The position numbers and the translations under genes are program-made. 64,000 nt of DNA. Origin: Thermoplasmata archaeon. Its GTDB lineage: Archaea; Thermoplasmatota; SW-10-69-26; JACQPN01; JAJPHT01. This document shows, one piece after another, positions 38,225-47,647 of the stretch (position 1 is the stretch's first letter; each line of letters starts with the position of its first letter). The stretch covers positions 1 to 64,000 of the forward strand of contig JAXDQU010000089.1 of assembly GCA_034667685.1 (NCBI GenBank), in the 5' to 3' direction. The notes under the pieces were generated by a model. It searched no databases. It worked only from the letters and a program-made list of their open reading frames with translations, and was not told where the DNA came from.

Positions 38225-40522
38225 GTGGCGCGCAGGAAGGAGCTTCCGGGCGAGGAGCTGAGCACGGAATTCAAGCCCCTCAGCCTCCCCCCGCCCCCCT
38301 CCGCCTCCCCCAGCCTCCCTCCGCCTCCCCCAGCCTCCCCCGGCCTCCCCTTGGAGCAGATCGCCGGCATCGACCCGCGCATCCCGCCCGTGCTGCGCGC
38401 GAACGGCTATGGCGACCTCTGGCCCTCGCAGCAGGAGGCGGCGCCGATCGCGGTCGCGGGCCAGAACCTCGTCCTCGCGGTGCCCACCGCCAGCGGCAAG
38501 TCGCTCGTGGCGTACCTCGCGCTGCTGTCCAAGGCGCTCAAGGGCGCGCACGGGCTGTATCTCGTTCCGCTGCGTGCTCTCGCCTCCGAGAAGTACGAGG
38601 ACCTGAAGGCGCTCGGGAAGGAATTGGGCCTGCGGGTCGCGATCGCCACGGGCGACCTGGACGCGGAGGACCCGCAGCTCGCGCGTTTTGATATCGTGGT
38701 AGCCACGTCGGAGAAGGCCGACGCGCTGCTCCGCCACAAGGCGCAGTGGCTCACCAACATGGGGTGCATCGTCGCGGACGAGGTGCACCTCATGGGCGAC
38801 CCGGGGCGCGGTCCGACGCTGGAGGTGCTGCTCGCGCGCTTCAAGCAGCTCAACCCCGCCGCGCAGATCGTCGCGCTCTCGGCCACGATCCAGAACTCGC
38901 GCCAGATCGCGGAATGGCTCGGCGCCGCGCACGTGAAGACCGAGTGGCGCCCCGTGACGCTGCGCGAGGGCATCCTCTACGGCAACGCGATCACGTTCAG
39001 CGACGAGTCGAAGCAGAAGGTGGAGAGCGACCTGGAGGACGCGAGCCTCGCGCTCACCGAGGACTCCGTGCGCGGCGGGGGCAGCGTCATCGTCTTCGTC
39101 TCGACGCGCAAGAGCACCGAGGCGTTGGCCGAGAAGCTCGCGCAGGCCACGCGCGGCTCGCTGACGCCCGCGAACAAGGCCGCGCTCGACGAGGCCGCCG
39201 CGGGCCTGAAGGGCGGCAACGACGAGACCTCGGTGGAGAAGCGCCTCGCCAAGTGCATCGTGGGCGGCGCGGCGTTCCACCACGCGGGCCTGCGCAACGC
39301 CGAGCGCTCGCTGGTCGAGAAGCTGTTCAAGGCCGGCCATCTGAAGGCGCTGAGCGCGACGCCCACGCTCGCCGCCGGCGTCAACCTCCCCGCGCGGCGC
39401 GTCGTGGTGCGCGACCTCTTCCGCTATGACGTGAACAGCGGCAACGTCCCGATCCCGGTCCTGGAGTACAAGCAGATGGCGGGGCGCGCGGGCCGGCCTC
39501 GCTACGACAAGGTGGGCGAGGCCATCACCATCGCGAAGACGTACGAGCAGCGCGGCGAGATCAGCGCGTCGTTCCTCTTCGCGGACCCGGAGCGCATCGA
39601 GAGCAAGCTGGGCACCGAGAACGCGCTGCGCACGCATGTCCTCAGCAGCATCGCGTCCGAGTTCGTGGGCAACGAGAAGGAGCTGGACGCCTTCATGCGC
39701 GCCACGTTCTACGCGCACACGTCGGACACGTGGATCCTCAAGGAGCGCACCACCCGGGTGATCGACTTCCTGCTGGAGAACGAGCTGATCAAGGCGGAGG
39801 GGGACGAGTTCAGCGCGACGCGCTTCGGCAAGCGCGTGAGCGAATTGTACATCGATCCCGCGAGCGCGGTGAAGATCCGCGCGGGCCTGGCGCGGGTCGG
39901 CGAGGTCCGGCTCACGCCCATGAGCTTCCTGCACCTCATCGCCTCGACTCCGGATATCATCCCGCTCTACCTGCGCAAGGGGGACGAGTGGCTCGCGGGC
40001 GTGGCGCTGGAGCGCGAGAGCGAGATCCTCGTCCCGCACAAGCACGGCGCGGACTACGAGTTCTTCCTCGCGGAGCTGAAGACCGCCTCCCTCCTGCACG
40101 ACTGGGTCGAGGAGACGCCCGAGGAGGAGATGCTCAAGAAGTACGGCGCCTACCCGGGCGACGTCGCCAACAAGGTCGAGACGGCGCGCTGGCTCCTCTA
40201 CGCCACGGAGGAGATCGCGCGCATCTTCCAGAAGGAGGCGACGAAGCCCGTCGTCCAGCTCGCGGCGCGCGTGCAGCACGGCGCGCGGGCCGAGCTTCTC
40301 CCGCTCCTGGAGCTTCGCGGCGTGGGCCGTTACCGCGCGCGGCAGCTCTGGCGTGCGGGCTATCATTCCAAGGACCTGCTCGCGCAGGCCTCCGCCGCCG
40401 ACCTGACGCGCGTCCAGGGCATCGGCCCGACGCTGGCGTCCAGCATCCTCGTGGAGCTTGGGCGCGACCCGGCTAGCGAGCCCGCTCCACCGAAGCGCGG
40501 GCAGCAGACGCTGGGGGAGTGA
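38225..40522 (+). CDS. hel308: Ski2-like DNA helicase Hel308/Hjm
   Basis: PTASGKS, VPLRALASEK, ATSEK, DEVH, LSAT, FHHAGL, TPTLAAGVNLPA, QMAGRAGRP, C-terminal HhH; start uncertain (38198/38225/38351). Confidence 0.95.
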   Translation: MARRKELPGEELSTEFKPLSLPPPPSASPSLPPPPPASPGLPLEQIAGIDPRIPPVLRANGYGDLWPSQQEAAPIAVAGQNLVLAVPTASGKSLVAYLALLSKALKGAHGLYLVPLRALASEKYEDLKALGKELGLRVAIATGDLDAEDPQLARFDIVVATSEKADALLRHKAQWLTNMGCIVADEVHLMGDPGRGPTLEVLLARFKQLNPAAQIVALSATIQNSRQIAEWLGAAHVKTEWRPVTLREGILYGNAITFSDESKQKVESDLEDASLALTEDSVRGGGSVIVFVSTRKSTEALAEKLAQATRGSLTPANKAALDEAAAGLKGGNDETSVEKRLAKCIVGGAAFHHAGLRNAERSLVEKLFKAGHLKALSATPTLAAGVNLPARRVVVRDLFRYDVNSGNVPIPVLEYKQMAGRAGRPRYDKVGEAITIAKTYEQRGEISASFLFADPERIESKLGTENALRTHVLSSIASEFVGNEKELDAFMRATFYAHTSDTWILKERTTRVIDFLLENELIKAEGDEFSATRFGKRVSELYIDPASAVKIRAGLARVGEVRLTPMSFLHLIASTPDIIPLYLRKGDEWLAGVALERESEILVPHKHGADYEFFLAELKTASLLHDWVEETPEEEMLKKYGAYPGDVANKVETARWLLYATEEIARIFQKEATKPVVQLAARVQHGARAELLPLLELRGVGRYRARQLWRAGYHSKDLLAQASAADLTRVQGIGPTLASSILVELGRDPASEPAPPKRGQQTLGE
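38278..38350. repeat. C-rich ~10-bp tandem tract at or within the hel308 5' end
   Basis: (C)AGCCTCCCC/CCGCCTCCCC units; resembles 7-68. Confidence 0.65.
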
Positions 40523-40523
40523 C

Positions 40524-41003
40524 GTGACCGAGCCCACCATCCACGCCTACCGCGCCGAGGTGCGCGACGTGAAGGCGCTGCTCGCGCGCGTCCCGAAGGG
40601 CGTGCAGCTCCTGCGCGCCGACCGCGTGTACGGCGCGGATCACCTGCGCCTCGCCGCGCGCCTCGCCGCCCGCGCGCAGGCGGAGGGGCGCGGCCGCGCC
40701 GCCGACCTGGCGACCGAGACGCTGCTCTACGCCGCGGGCGAGCGGCAGGTGGCGAAGGCGCTCGCGTTCCTGGGCCTGCACGAGGGCGTCGTCGCGCTCG
40801 CGGCGGTGGCGTGGGACCCGGACGTCCTGGCGCGCCTCGCGGCCGCGGAGCGATGGACGCGCGACGACGCGCTGCTCGAAGGCGGCCCCGCCGTGCTCGA
40901 TGCCTTCGGCGTGGCGCGCGAGGAGCGCGAGATGCTGCCCCCCGCGCGCTGGGACGAGCTCGTGCTGGAGCGCGTGGCGCTGACGGACGTCCTGAAGGCC
41001 TGA
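40524..41003 (+). CDS. cgi121: KEOPS complex subunit Cgi121
   Basis: VQLLRADRVYGADHL...A...ETLLYAAGERQVAKAL..LG...LVLERVAL; follows hel308. Confidence 0.88.
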   Translation: MTEPTIHAYRAEVRDVKALLARVPKGVQLLRADRVYGADHLRLAARLAARAQAEGRGRAADLATETLLYAAGERQVAKALAFLGLHEGVVALAAVAWDPDVLARLAAAERWTRDDALLEGGPAVLDAFGVAREEREMLPPARWDELVLERVALTDVLKA

Positions 41004-41192
41004 CCCAGCAGACGGTCCCAGATTGACGAGGATTCTTTTCGCACATTTCGCGATTTCACAAGATGCTCCCAGTAACATTCTTCCTCCCGCACCTGTTAGC
41101 ATCGCCCGGGAGACCCGGATCCTCGTGCGCGCCCTCTCCGCCTTCGTTTTGCTCGTCGCGCTCCACGCCTCCACGCTCCTGGCGAGTTCACC

Positions 41193-41852
41193 ATGACACG
41201 CGTCCCGATTTCCCGACCCGAGAAGGCCGGCGGCCTGCATTGCCGAAGGATCGCCCGCGCCGCGTTTGCCCTCGCCTTGCTCCTTGCCCTCGTGATCCCC
41301 AACGTGGTCGCGGGCGGGGACGACGAGCCGCGCTCCGCCGACGATTGGCTCGCGAGCAACGCATGCGGACAGAGCCCGCTCGTGCCTCCCATCGGGTGCG
41401 CCATCACGGCCCACGTGAACCTGAGCCTCTTCGGGACCTGCAACGACGACGGCGCCTGCCCCTTCACCATCGGCGCGACGACGACCGGGACGTCCCGGCT
41501 CCCCGGCGCGATCGACGCCTACGTCTGGGTGCTGATGGATCTCCACGCGGGCGCCCATGGCGGCATCTGCGCGACCGACCCCTCGGGCTCCGTGACGGTC
41601 AGCACGCCGGAGAGCTGCATCAACGTCTGCGCGCGTAACACCGTGGGGACCTTCGCGGCATGCGCGGGGAGGACCATCATGATCGACCGCGTCGGACCAG
41701 GCGGCTGCGACGACGTCTACGTCGGCGCCAACTTCGACTGGGGCGAATACCTCGCGGGCGCCTCCGTGCTGAAGGACTACGTGGTCTGCGAGAACCTGGA
41801 CCACACGTCCTTCATCCTGCCCGACGGCGCTCCCTATCCGTTTCCGGTGTGA
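41193..41852 (+). CDS. Secreted Cys-rich hypothetical protein
   Basis: Signal-like AAFALALLLALVIP; about 10 Cys in the mature region. Confidence 0.7.
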   Translation: MTRVPISRPEKAGGLHCRRIARAAFALALLLALVIPNVVAGGDDEPRSADDWLASNACGQSPLVPPIGCAITAHVNLSLFGTCNDDGACPFTIGATTTGTSRLPGAIDAYVWVLMDLHAGAHGGICATDPSGSVTVSTPESCINVCARNTVGTFAACAGRTIMIDRVGPGGCDDVYVGANFDWGEYLAGASVLKDYVVCENLDHTSFILPDGAPYPFPV

Positions 41853-41854
41853 CC

Positions 41855-42931
41855 TCAGAGCGTGAACGCGTCGACCGCGCTGCCGTCGGTGGCCAGCACG
41901 CGCGCGCTCGCCGACCCCTTCGCGAAGTCGATCACGACCAACTCGTGCCCTTCGTGGCGCGCCGCGCTCCACGCGGGCGAGGGGCTCTGGAAGTCGTTGT
42001 AGAGCGCCGCGCCGCCTCCGCCCGTGACGACGTAGGTGACGCCGGCGATGGGTGTCGTGCGCTCGTAGTTGTGCTCGTGCCCCGCGACGGCGAGCTTGAC
42101 GCCGTGCTTCGCGAAGAGGGAGGCGAACGCCTTCTGCGCGTCGACGTCGCTGCCGTGCGTCGTGCCGCTGCTGTACCAGGGCGCGTGCTCGACGGGCACG
42201 ATCCACGCGGCGTCCGCGGCTTGCGCGGTGGCAAGGTCCCGGTCGAGCCAGCGCGCCTGCGCGTCGTCGACGTGGTTCGAGTCGAGCACGACGAAGTGGA
42301 CGGGGCCCGCGTCGAAGGAGTAGTACGCCGCGGCGCCGCGCAGGCCCTCCATCTGTGCCGCGTCCACGCCCCGCTCGACGTCGTGGTTGCCGGTGGCATA
42401 GGCGATCGGCACGCCGGGAAGCGACGAGGCCACGAGCCCCATCCAGCCGTCCCAGACGCGCTCGTCGCCGTACGCGTACGCCACGTCGCCCAGGTGCACG
42501 ACGAGGTCGGGCTTCTGCGCCGCGGCTTCTGAGAGCACGCGGCCGGCGGCGTCGCCCGCGCCGGTGTCGCCCACGAAGACGACGCGCAGGTGGTCAGCCG
42601 CGGGCACGCGCAGCGTCGCGCCGTCCGCGAGCGCGATCGTCGAGCCGGGCGCGGCGCCGCGCACGAGATCGCGGTGGAACGCGTCGCGCTCGATCCAGGG
42701 GAACGCGGCGACCGCGGACCAGCGCGTCACGTCGTCGCGCCCCGCGGCGAGCGAAGGGTCGGCGAGCCCGCCGCCGCTGCGCGTGACGATGGCGAAGCTG
42801 TCGTGGCCGGGCGCCACGACGACCTGCGTGAGCGAAGGCTCGTCGCCGCGCACCGCGATCACGAGGGGCGCGCCCACGGCGAGCGCGACGAGGCCGACCG
42901 CGGCGAGGGTGACGAGGATGCGTCGGTCCAC
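41855..42931 (-). CDS. Purple-acid-phosphatase-type metallophosphoesterase
   Basis: GDTG, GDVAY, GNHD, EH, AGHEHNYER. Confidence 0.9.
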   Translation of the reverse strand: MDRRILVTLAAVGLVALAVGAPLVIAVRGDEPSLTQVVVAPGHDSFAIVTRSGGGLADPSLAAGRDDVTRWSAVAAFPWIERDAFHRDLVRGAAPGSTIALADGATLRVPAADHLRVVFVGDTGAGDAAGRVLSEAAAQKPDLVVHLGDVAYAYGDERVWDGWMGLVASSLPGVPIAYATGNHDVERGVDAAQMEGLRGAAAYYSFDAGPVHFVVLDSNHVDDAQARWLDRDLATAQAADAAWIVPVEHAPWYSSGTTHGSDVDAQKAFASLFAKHGVKLAVAGHEHNYERTTPIAGVTYVVTGGGGAALYNDFQSPSPAWSAARHEGHELVVIDFAKGSASARVLATDGSAVDAFTL

Positions 42932-42956
42932 GCGCGGGGGGTGGCGGGCGCGGGCT

Positions 42957-44219
42957 TCAACGTTGCCGGTAGGCTCGGCGTACGGCGCAAGCGACCAGGG
43001 TGGCGAGCGCGAGCGGCGCGAGGCCGGGGGCCGGCGCGGGGCGCGCGCCGGATTCGACGGGGACCGGCGTTCCCGGGCGGACGATGGTGAACGAGTCGAG
43101 TACCGCGCCGTGCGCGTCGATGGCCTGCCCGCGAAGCCTCGTGGGCGTGAGGGTGAGCAGGACGAACTCGTACGTCGGGGCGCGCGTGGCGCTCCAGGCG
43201 GGCTGAGCGTCCCACGTGTCATAGAGCGAGTCGCCGCCCCCGCCGCTGTCCACGTAGACGATGCCCGCGCCGCGCGTCCAGGCGTCTCGCCCCGCGCTGG
43301 GCGTGCCGTTGCGCAGCGGCCAGGTGCGCTCGTACGCATGCGCGTGGCCGTAGAGCGCGACGTCGAGCCCGCCCGCCTCGAAGGCCGGGACGAAGTCGTC
43401 GTGCGCGGCCACGTCGGCGCCCCCGTCGTGCGCGTTCGAGGAGTAGAGCGGCCGGTGGAAGTACGCGATGCGCCATGCGTCGCCGGCGGACGCGAGGGAA
43501 TCGTTCAGGAACGCGAGCTGCGCCTCCGGCCTCGTCTCGTTGGGCCGCAGCGCGACGTCGTGGTGGTAGGCCTCGGTGTCGAGCGCGACGAAGAAGGCCG
43601 GACCGTACGAGAACGCGTAGTAGCGGCGCGGCGCGTCGGGGGCCGGGAAGTGCTCGTCGTACTCGCGCGCCTCGCTCCCGCAGGGCGCCAGGTCGCCCTT
43701 CGCGTCCTGCGCGCAGAGCGTCTCGTGGTTTCCCAACGCGGTCATGGTGGGCACGCGCGAGGCGAGGGGCTCGAGGCGCGCGAGCCACGCGTCCCACGTG
43801 TTGCTGTCGCCGTTCGCGTAGGAGAGGTCGCCGCCCAGGATCACGAGGTCGGGCTTCGCCGCGGCGACCGCGTCGAGGACGAGCGTGGAGCTCTCCGTGC
43901 TTCCGAGGTCCGCGAGGAACGCGACGCGCAGCGTGCCGTTGGAGCCTGGCCGCGGCGCGAGGTCGAAGGAGCGCCCGTCGATCTGATAGCTCGTCGCCTC
44001 GGCCGGGATGCGCGCCACGAAGTCGCGGTCCGGCTCGCCGGGCGCGGAGACCTGCCGCGCCGACGCCGTCCCGTGGTCCCAGCTCACCCGCGGCGTCGCG
44101 TCGTCGCCGAACGCCACGAGGTAGCCCGCGCCGTCCCACTCCACGTGCACGCCCGTGGCGGTCGCCGCGGCGCCCGGCGCCAAGAGGACGACGAACGCGA
44201 GCGCGGCCGCCAGGCGCAT
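42957..44219 (-). CDS. Secreted purple-acid-phosphatase-type metallophosphoesterase with a C-terminal sorting/anchor segment
   Basis: ADLG, GDLSY, GNHE, FH, GHAHAYER; ends PAPAPGL + hydrophobic + RR. Confidence 0.9.
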   Translation of the reverse strand: MRLAAALAFVVLLAPGAAATATGVHVEWDGAGYLVAFGDDATPRVSWDHGTASARQVSAPGEPDRDFVARIPAEATSYQIDGRSFDLAPRPGSNGTLRVAFLADLGSTESSTLVLDAVAAAKPDLVILGGDLSYANGDSNTWDAWLARLEPLASRVPTMTALGNHETLCAQDAKGDLAPCGSEAREYDEHFPAPDAPRRYYAFSYGPAFFVALDTEAYHHDVALRPNETRPEAQLAFLNDSLASAGDAWRIAYFHRPLYSSNAHDGGADVAAHDDFVPAFEAGGLDVALYGHAHAYERTWPLRNGTPSAGRDAWTRGAGIVYVDSGGGGDSLYDTWDAQPAWSATRAPTYEFVLLTLTPTRLRGQAIDAHGAVLDSFTIVRPGTPVPVESGARPAPAPGLAPLALATLVACAVRRAYRQR

Positions 44220-44271
44220 CGGAGAAGGGGAGCCAAGGAGCGGCCTTCAACGCTCCCGAACGACCGAGGGA

Positions 44272-44631
44272 TCAGGCCCACGGGTTGTCGCGCAGGAAGC
44301 GCTGGTACTCCGCGAGGAGGAACGCGACCGCCTTGCGGCGCTGCTCGGCCACGTCCGTCGCCTCCGAGCCGCGCAGGTGCGCCAGCACGGTGTGGATCTC
44401 GGCGATCCGCTCCGCGCCGGGCGGGCGCTCGTGGGCGAGGTCCTCGCTGTGGAAGAAGAAGTAGTTCCGGAGCTCGGCGTCGCCCTTGACCTCGTCGTAG
44501 GGCGCGCAGAGCAGGCGCGCGCGGATCTCGCGCCGCTCGCCCTCGGAGAGCTCCTCGTACCAGGCGATCCAGTCGCGGGAGGGCTCCCGGCGCAACGCCG
44601 GAAGCTGGACCTGGCTGGGGGTCGCTTGCAT
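44272..44631 (-). CDS. Hypothetical helical protein, 119 aa
   Basis: Protein-like composition; TTTATAT box about 25-30 nt upstream. Confidence 0.7.
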   Translation of the reverse strand: MQATPSQVQLPALRREPSRDWIAWYEELSEGERREIRARLLCAPYDEVKGDAELRNYFFFHSEDLAHERPPGAERIAEIHTVLAHLRGSEATDVAEQRRKAVAFLLAEYQRFLRDNPWA

Positions 44632-44708
44632 AAGGCAGAGTTGCTCTTTGGGTCATATAAAGGAAGCGCGGCTGGCGACCGGGTGCCTGCGGGTCCGGAG
44701 CGCCGGGG

Positions 44709-45788
44709 CTACGCGGGACCGGGCGCCAGCAGGCTCGGCACCTCGCCCGGTCGCGCCAGCTCCAGCAGCCAGTGGCCGATGCCCGCCAGCCCCTGCATGA
44801 GCGCGGGGTGCGCGTCGTAGAGCGCGCCGGTGGGCCAGGAGCGCCACGGCTCCCTCGCCTGATATCGTTCCAGCCCCCAGCGCGCGACGGCGCGGGCGCG
44901 CGCGAGGCCGCCGGGGTCGCCCAGCGCCTCGTCCATGACGTGCACGCACGCGGCGACACCCGCCACGCCGCAGCAGAGGTGGAACGGATCGCCGGGCGAG
45001 GCGAGCATCGCGTCGAGGCGCGCCTGAGCCTGCGCCCGCAGCGCGCGCACCTCCGGCGCGAGGCCGGGCACGCGCGGCATGGCGAGCGCGCGGGCCAGCC
45101 CCATGCCGGGCGCGCCGTGGCACCAGCTCTCGCGCTCGCGCGGCAGGGCGTGCTCGCGGCCGAACGCCTCGCGCGCGGCGGAGGGGTCCACGAAGGAGAG
45201 CGCGTAGGCCGCGCCCGAGAGCCCGTGCGCGAAGCCCGCGACGCGCGCCTCGCCGGGTCGGAGGTCGGCCGCGAGCGTGTCGGCCTCATCCGTGCCTGCG
45301 AGGAGCGCGAGCGCGCCCGCCGTGCCGCCCACGAGGTCCCAGCCGTGCGCGCGCCGGCGCGAGGCGAGGACCTTCGTGCGCAGCCGCCGCGCGTGGGCAC
45401 TCTCGCCCACCTGGTCCGCGGCCCACGCGACGCCCAGCGTCCCCAGGTACGGCCCGAAGCGCGCCTCGCCGCCGGTCTGCGCCGCCACGAGCGTCTTCGC
45501 CTCGTCGACGTGCCAGGCATGGCGCAGCGCATGCCGGATCGCGCCGCGGGCCGCGCGGGCGTGGGCCTTGTCTCCGCTGACGCGCGCGAGGCGGGCGAGG
45601 AAGAGCGCGATGCCCGCCGTGCCGCCGTAGAGGCTCGACTCCAGCGTGTAGGCCATCGCGCCGCCGTGCGGACCCGGCTCGCGGTGCGCGGCGATCCACG
45701 TGCACCGGTCCGCGTGCCAGACCGCCTCGCGCGCGAGCTTGTCGCCGATCGCGACGGCCTCCGCGAGCAGCGCCGCGTCCTCGCGCAT
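44709..45788 (-). CDS. lanC: Stand-alone LanC-type lanthionine cyclase, 359 aa
   Basis: GxxG repeats SLYGGTAGIA, DLVGGTAG, GFAHGLSG (catalytic His), WCHGAPG, HLCCGVAG (Zn ligands), LMQGLAGIG; TGATG overlap with the upstream gene. Confidence 0.9.
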   Translation of the reverse strand: MREDAALLAEAVAIGDKLAREAVWHADRCTWIAAHREPGPHGGAMAYTLESSLYGGTAGIALFLARLARVSGDKAHARAARGAIRHALRHAWHVDEAKTLVAAQTGGEARFGPYLGTLGVAWAADQVGESAHARRLRTKVLASRRRAHGWDLVGGTAGALALLAGTDEADTLAADLRPGEARVAGFAHGLSGAAYALSFVDPSAAREAFGREHALPRERESWCHGAPGMGLARALAMPRVPGLAPEVRALRAQAQARLDAMLASPGDPFHLCCGVAGVAACVHVMDEALGDPGGLARARAVARWGLERYQAREPWRSWPTGALYDAHPALMQGLAGIGHWLLELARPGEVPSLLAPGPA

Positions 45789-46525
45789 CAGATCGTCACC
45801 TCGATCTCGGAGCGGCCGGGCGCCAGGTGCGGCGCGTCGAGCCCTTCGGCGCGGAAGCGCGCCTCCAGCGCGTCGAGCGGGTCGCGTCCGGCGCGCCAGG
45901 CCTCGTGGAGCCCTTCGGCCGCGAGGCGGCTGCGGTGCAGGCCGAAGCTCTCGCCCCGGCCCGGGTCGTCCGCCACCGCGACGCCGGGCGCGATGCGGCG
46001 GGCGAACGCGGGCGTCCCCGGGCGCAGCCACGGTTTCACGGCCTCGTGGAGCGCGCGCACGTCCAGCGCATCGCGGGGCGCGTAGAGCACCGCGGCGTCC
46101 GCGCGCACGAACTGCGAGGGATCGTTGGCGATCTTCGCGTGGTGCGGAAGGTCGAGCTTGCGCAGCGCCCGCGCGAAGGGCAGCGCGCCCTCGCGGCAGA
46201 GGTGCCAATAGACGCGCGCGGTGCCCGGCTCCCCCGCCGCGTGCCGCCGCGCGCCGGGCATGTGGCACCAGCCCAGGTCCGGGTCCTGGCGCGGCGCGCC
46301 GCGGGCCTTCTCCAGCGCGCGGTGCAAGGCGTGGGCAAGGAGGCGCTCGCGCGGCGGCATGGCCTCGCGGACCGGGGAGCCGCGGAGGTAGTGGCGCTCG
46401 TAGATCAGCCGGGCGGCGTCCGCGACCTCCACGTTCTCGTAGCGCTCGCCCATCCAGAGGAACGTCCGCGCGTCGGCGAACGAGCCCGCGGCGGCGAGCG
46501 GCGCGAGCGCGTCGCGCAATGTCAC
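45788..46525 (-). CDS. HopA1-family phospho-Ser/Thr lyase (LanY/TvaD-like), 245 aa
   Basis: RVYWH, AKI, RADAAVLY, PAFARRIAPGVAVADDP, ESFGLHR; GTGA overlap with the kinase; GGAGGGG RBS. Confidence 0.85.
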   Translation of the reverse strand: MTLRDALAPLAAAGSFADARTFLWMGERYENVEVADAARLIYERHYLRGSPVREAMPPRERLLAHALHRALEKARGAPRQDPDLGWCHMPGARRHAAGEPGTARVYWHLCREGALPFARALRKLDLPHHAKIANDPSQFVRADAAVLYAPRDALDVRALHEAVKPWLRPGTPAFARRIAPGVAVADDPGRGESFGLHRSRLAAEGLHEAWRAGRDPLDALEARFRAEGLDAPHLAPGRSEIEVTI

Positions 46526-47574
46526 GCGAGCCACCCCTCCCCGAGAAGATCGCGCGCGGCTCGGGCCGGGTCGTCGTGCGCCGCGCGCGCGAGCCGCGCC
46601 GCGTCGAGCGGAAGCTTCGGGCGCGCCGGGGCGACGGGGAGCGCCTCGTAGGCGTGCACGGCGAGGTGGAGCGCCAGGTTGCGCAGCAGCGTCTCGCGCA
46701 GCGCGCGGGCCGAGTCGCGGGAGAGGCGCGCGGTCCGCCGATAGCCAAGCGCGGTCTGGGCCACGGCGGCGTGCCACGTCTGCGGTGGCTGGCGCTGCCC
46801 GTCGACGAGCCACGCGCGGACGTGCTCGCAGAGCGCGTAGCCGAGGTCCCACGCGGGGTCGCCGCGGTGCGCCAGCTCCCAGTCCACGAGGCGCGCGTTG
46901 AGCTCGCCGCGCGGGCCGGCGCCCGAGGTCAGGAGGAAGTTGTCCCAGCGCGCGTCGCCGTGCACGAGCCCGACGACCCGCTCGGGGGCGGCGGCGAAGG
47001 GCAGCCCGTGGAGCGCGTCGCGCAGCGCGGCGGCGTGCGGGTCCTCCTTCGCGCGGTGGTCCAGCGAGGTCGGGATGCGCAGCGCGGCGGGCGTCTCGCG
47101 CGGGATCGCGCGGAGCGAGCCCTCCCGCGCGGCGCGGATGCCGGCCACGCGCAGGCGCGCGAGGATGCGGCCCACGGTGAGCGACGAGGCGGGGCTGACG
47201 CCGCGCGCCTGGTGCAGCTTGCCCAGCGTCGTCGCCGGGTGCACGAGCGCGGTGGCGAGGATCGCGTCCCGCGGGTCGTGGCGCAGGAGCGTGGGCACGA
47301 AGCGGCGCATCGGGGCGAGCGCGGGCGCGCGGGCGAAGGCGCGCAGCGTGGCGGCCTCGCGCGCGACGCCGGCCGAAAGCTCGGCGTTGTCCGGCTCCAT
47401 CGCCTGCTTGAGCAGGACGCCCGCGCGGCGCGGCACGAGGACCTTCACGTTGCGGTTCCGGCGCGTGTAGTCGCGGACCTCGACCCGCCCGTCGCGCGCG
47501 TCCACGACGGCGCTGGCCGGCACGAGGCGGTTGCGCACGAGCCAGGGCACCGCGCCCGCCAGCGTCAGCTCCAC
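46522..47574 (-). CDS. APH-like peptide kinase (LanK/TvaC-like), ~350 aa
   Basis: TRRNRN loop, LLKQ, LVHGDARWDNFL, LVDWE, GDPAWDLG; GTG start inferred because the longer ORF overlaps a precursor gene. Confidence 0.88.
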   Translation of the reverse strand: MELTLAGAVPWLVRNRLVPASAVVDARDGRVEVRDYTRRNRNVKVLVPRRAGVLLKQAMEPDNAELSAGVAREAATLRAFARAPALAPMRRFVPTLLRHDPRDAILATALVHPATTLGKLHQARGVSPASSLTVGRILARLRVAGIRAAREGSLRAIPRETPAALRIPTSLDHRAKEDPHAAALRDALHGLPFAAAPERVVGLVHGDARWDNFLLTSGAGPRGELNARLVDWELAHRGDPAWDLGYALCEHVRAWLVDGQRQPPQTWHAAVAQTALGYRRTARLSRDSARALRETLLRNLALHLAVHAYEALPVAPARPKLPLDAARLARAAHDDPARAARDLLGEGWLA

Positions 47575-47647
47575 GCTGCCGCCACGAGGGCGCGCGACAT
47601 GAATCTTGATGTGCTCCGCAGGTCTTGCGAGCGCGGAGGTCTGCTGG

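Noticed and set aside
44709-46748. 679-aa track ORF as a LanM-like fused synthetase
   Set aside because: The upstream part is Arg/Ala/Pro-rich shadow translation; LanC begins at ATG 45788, overlapping the HopA1 stop.
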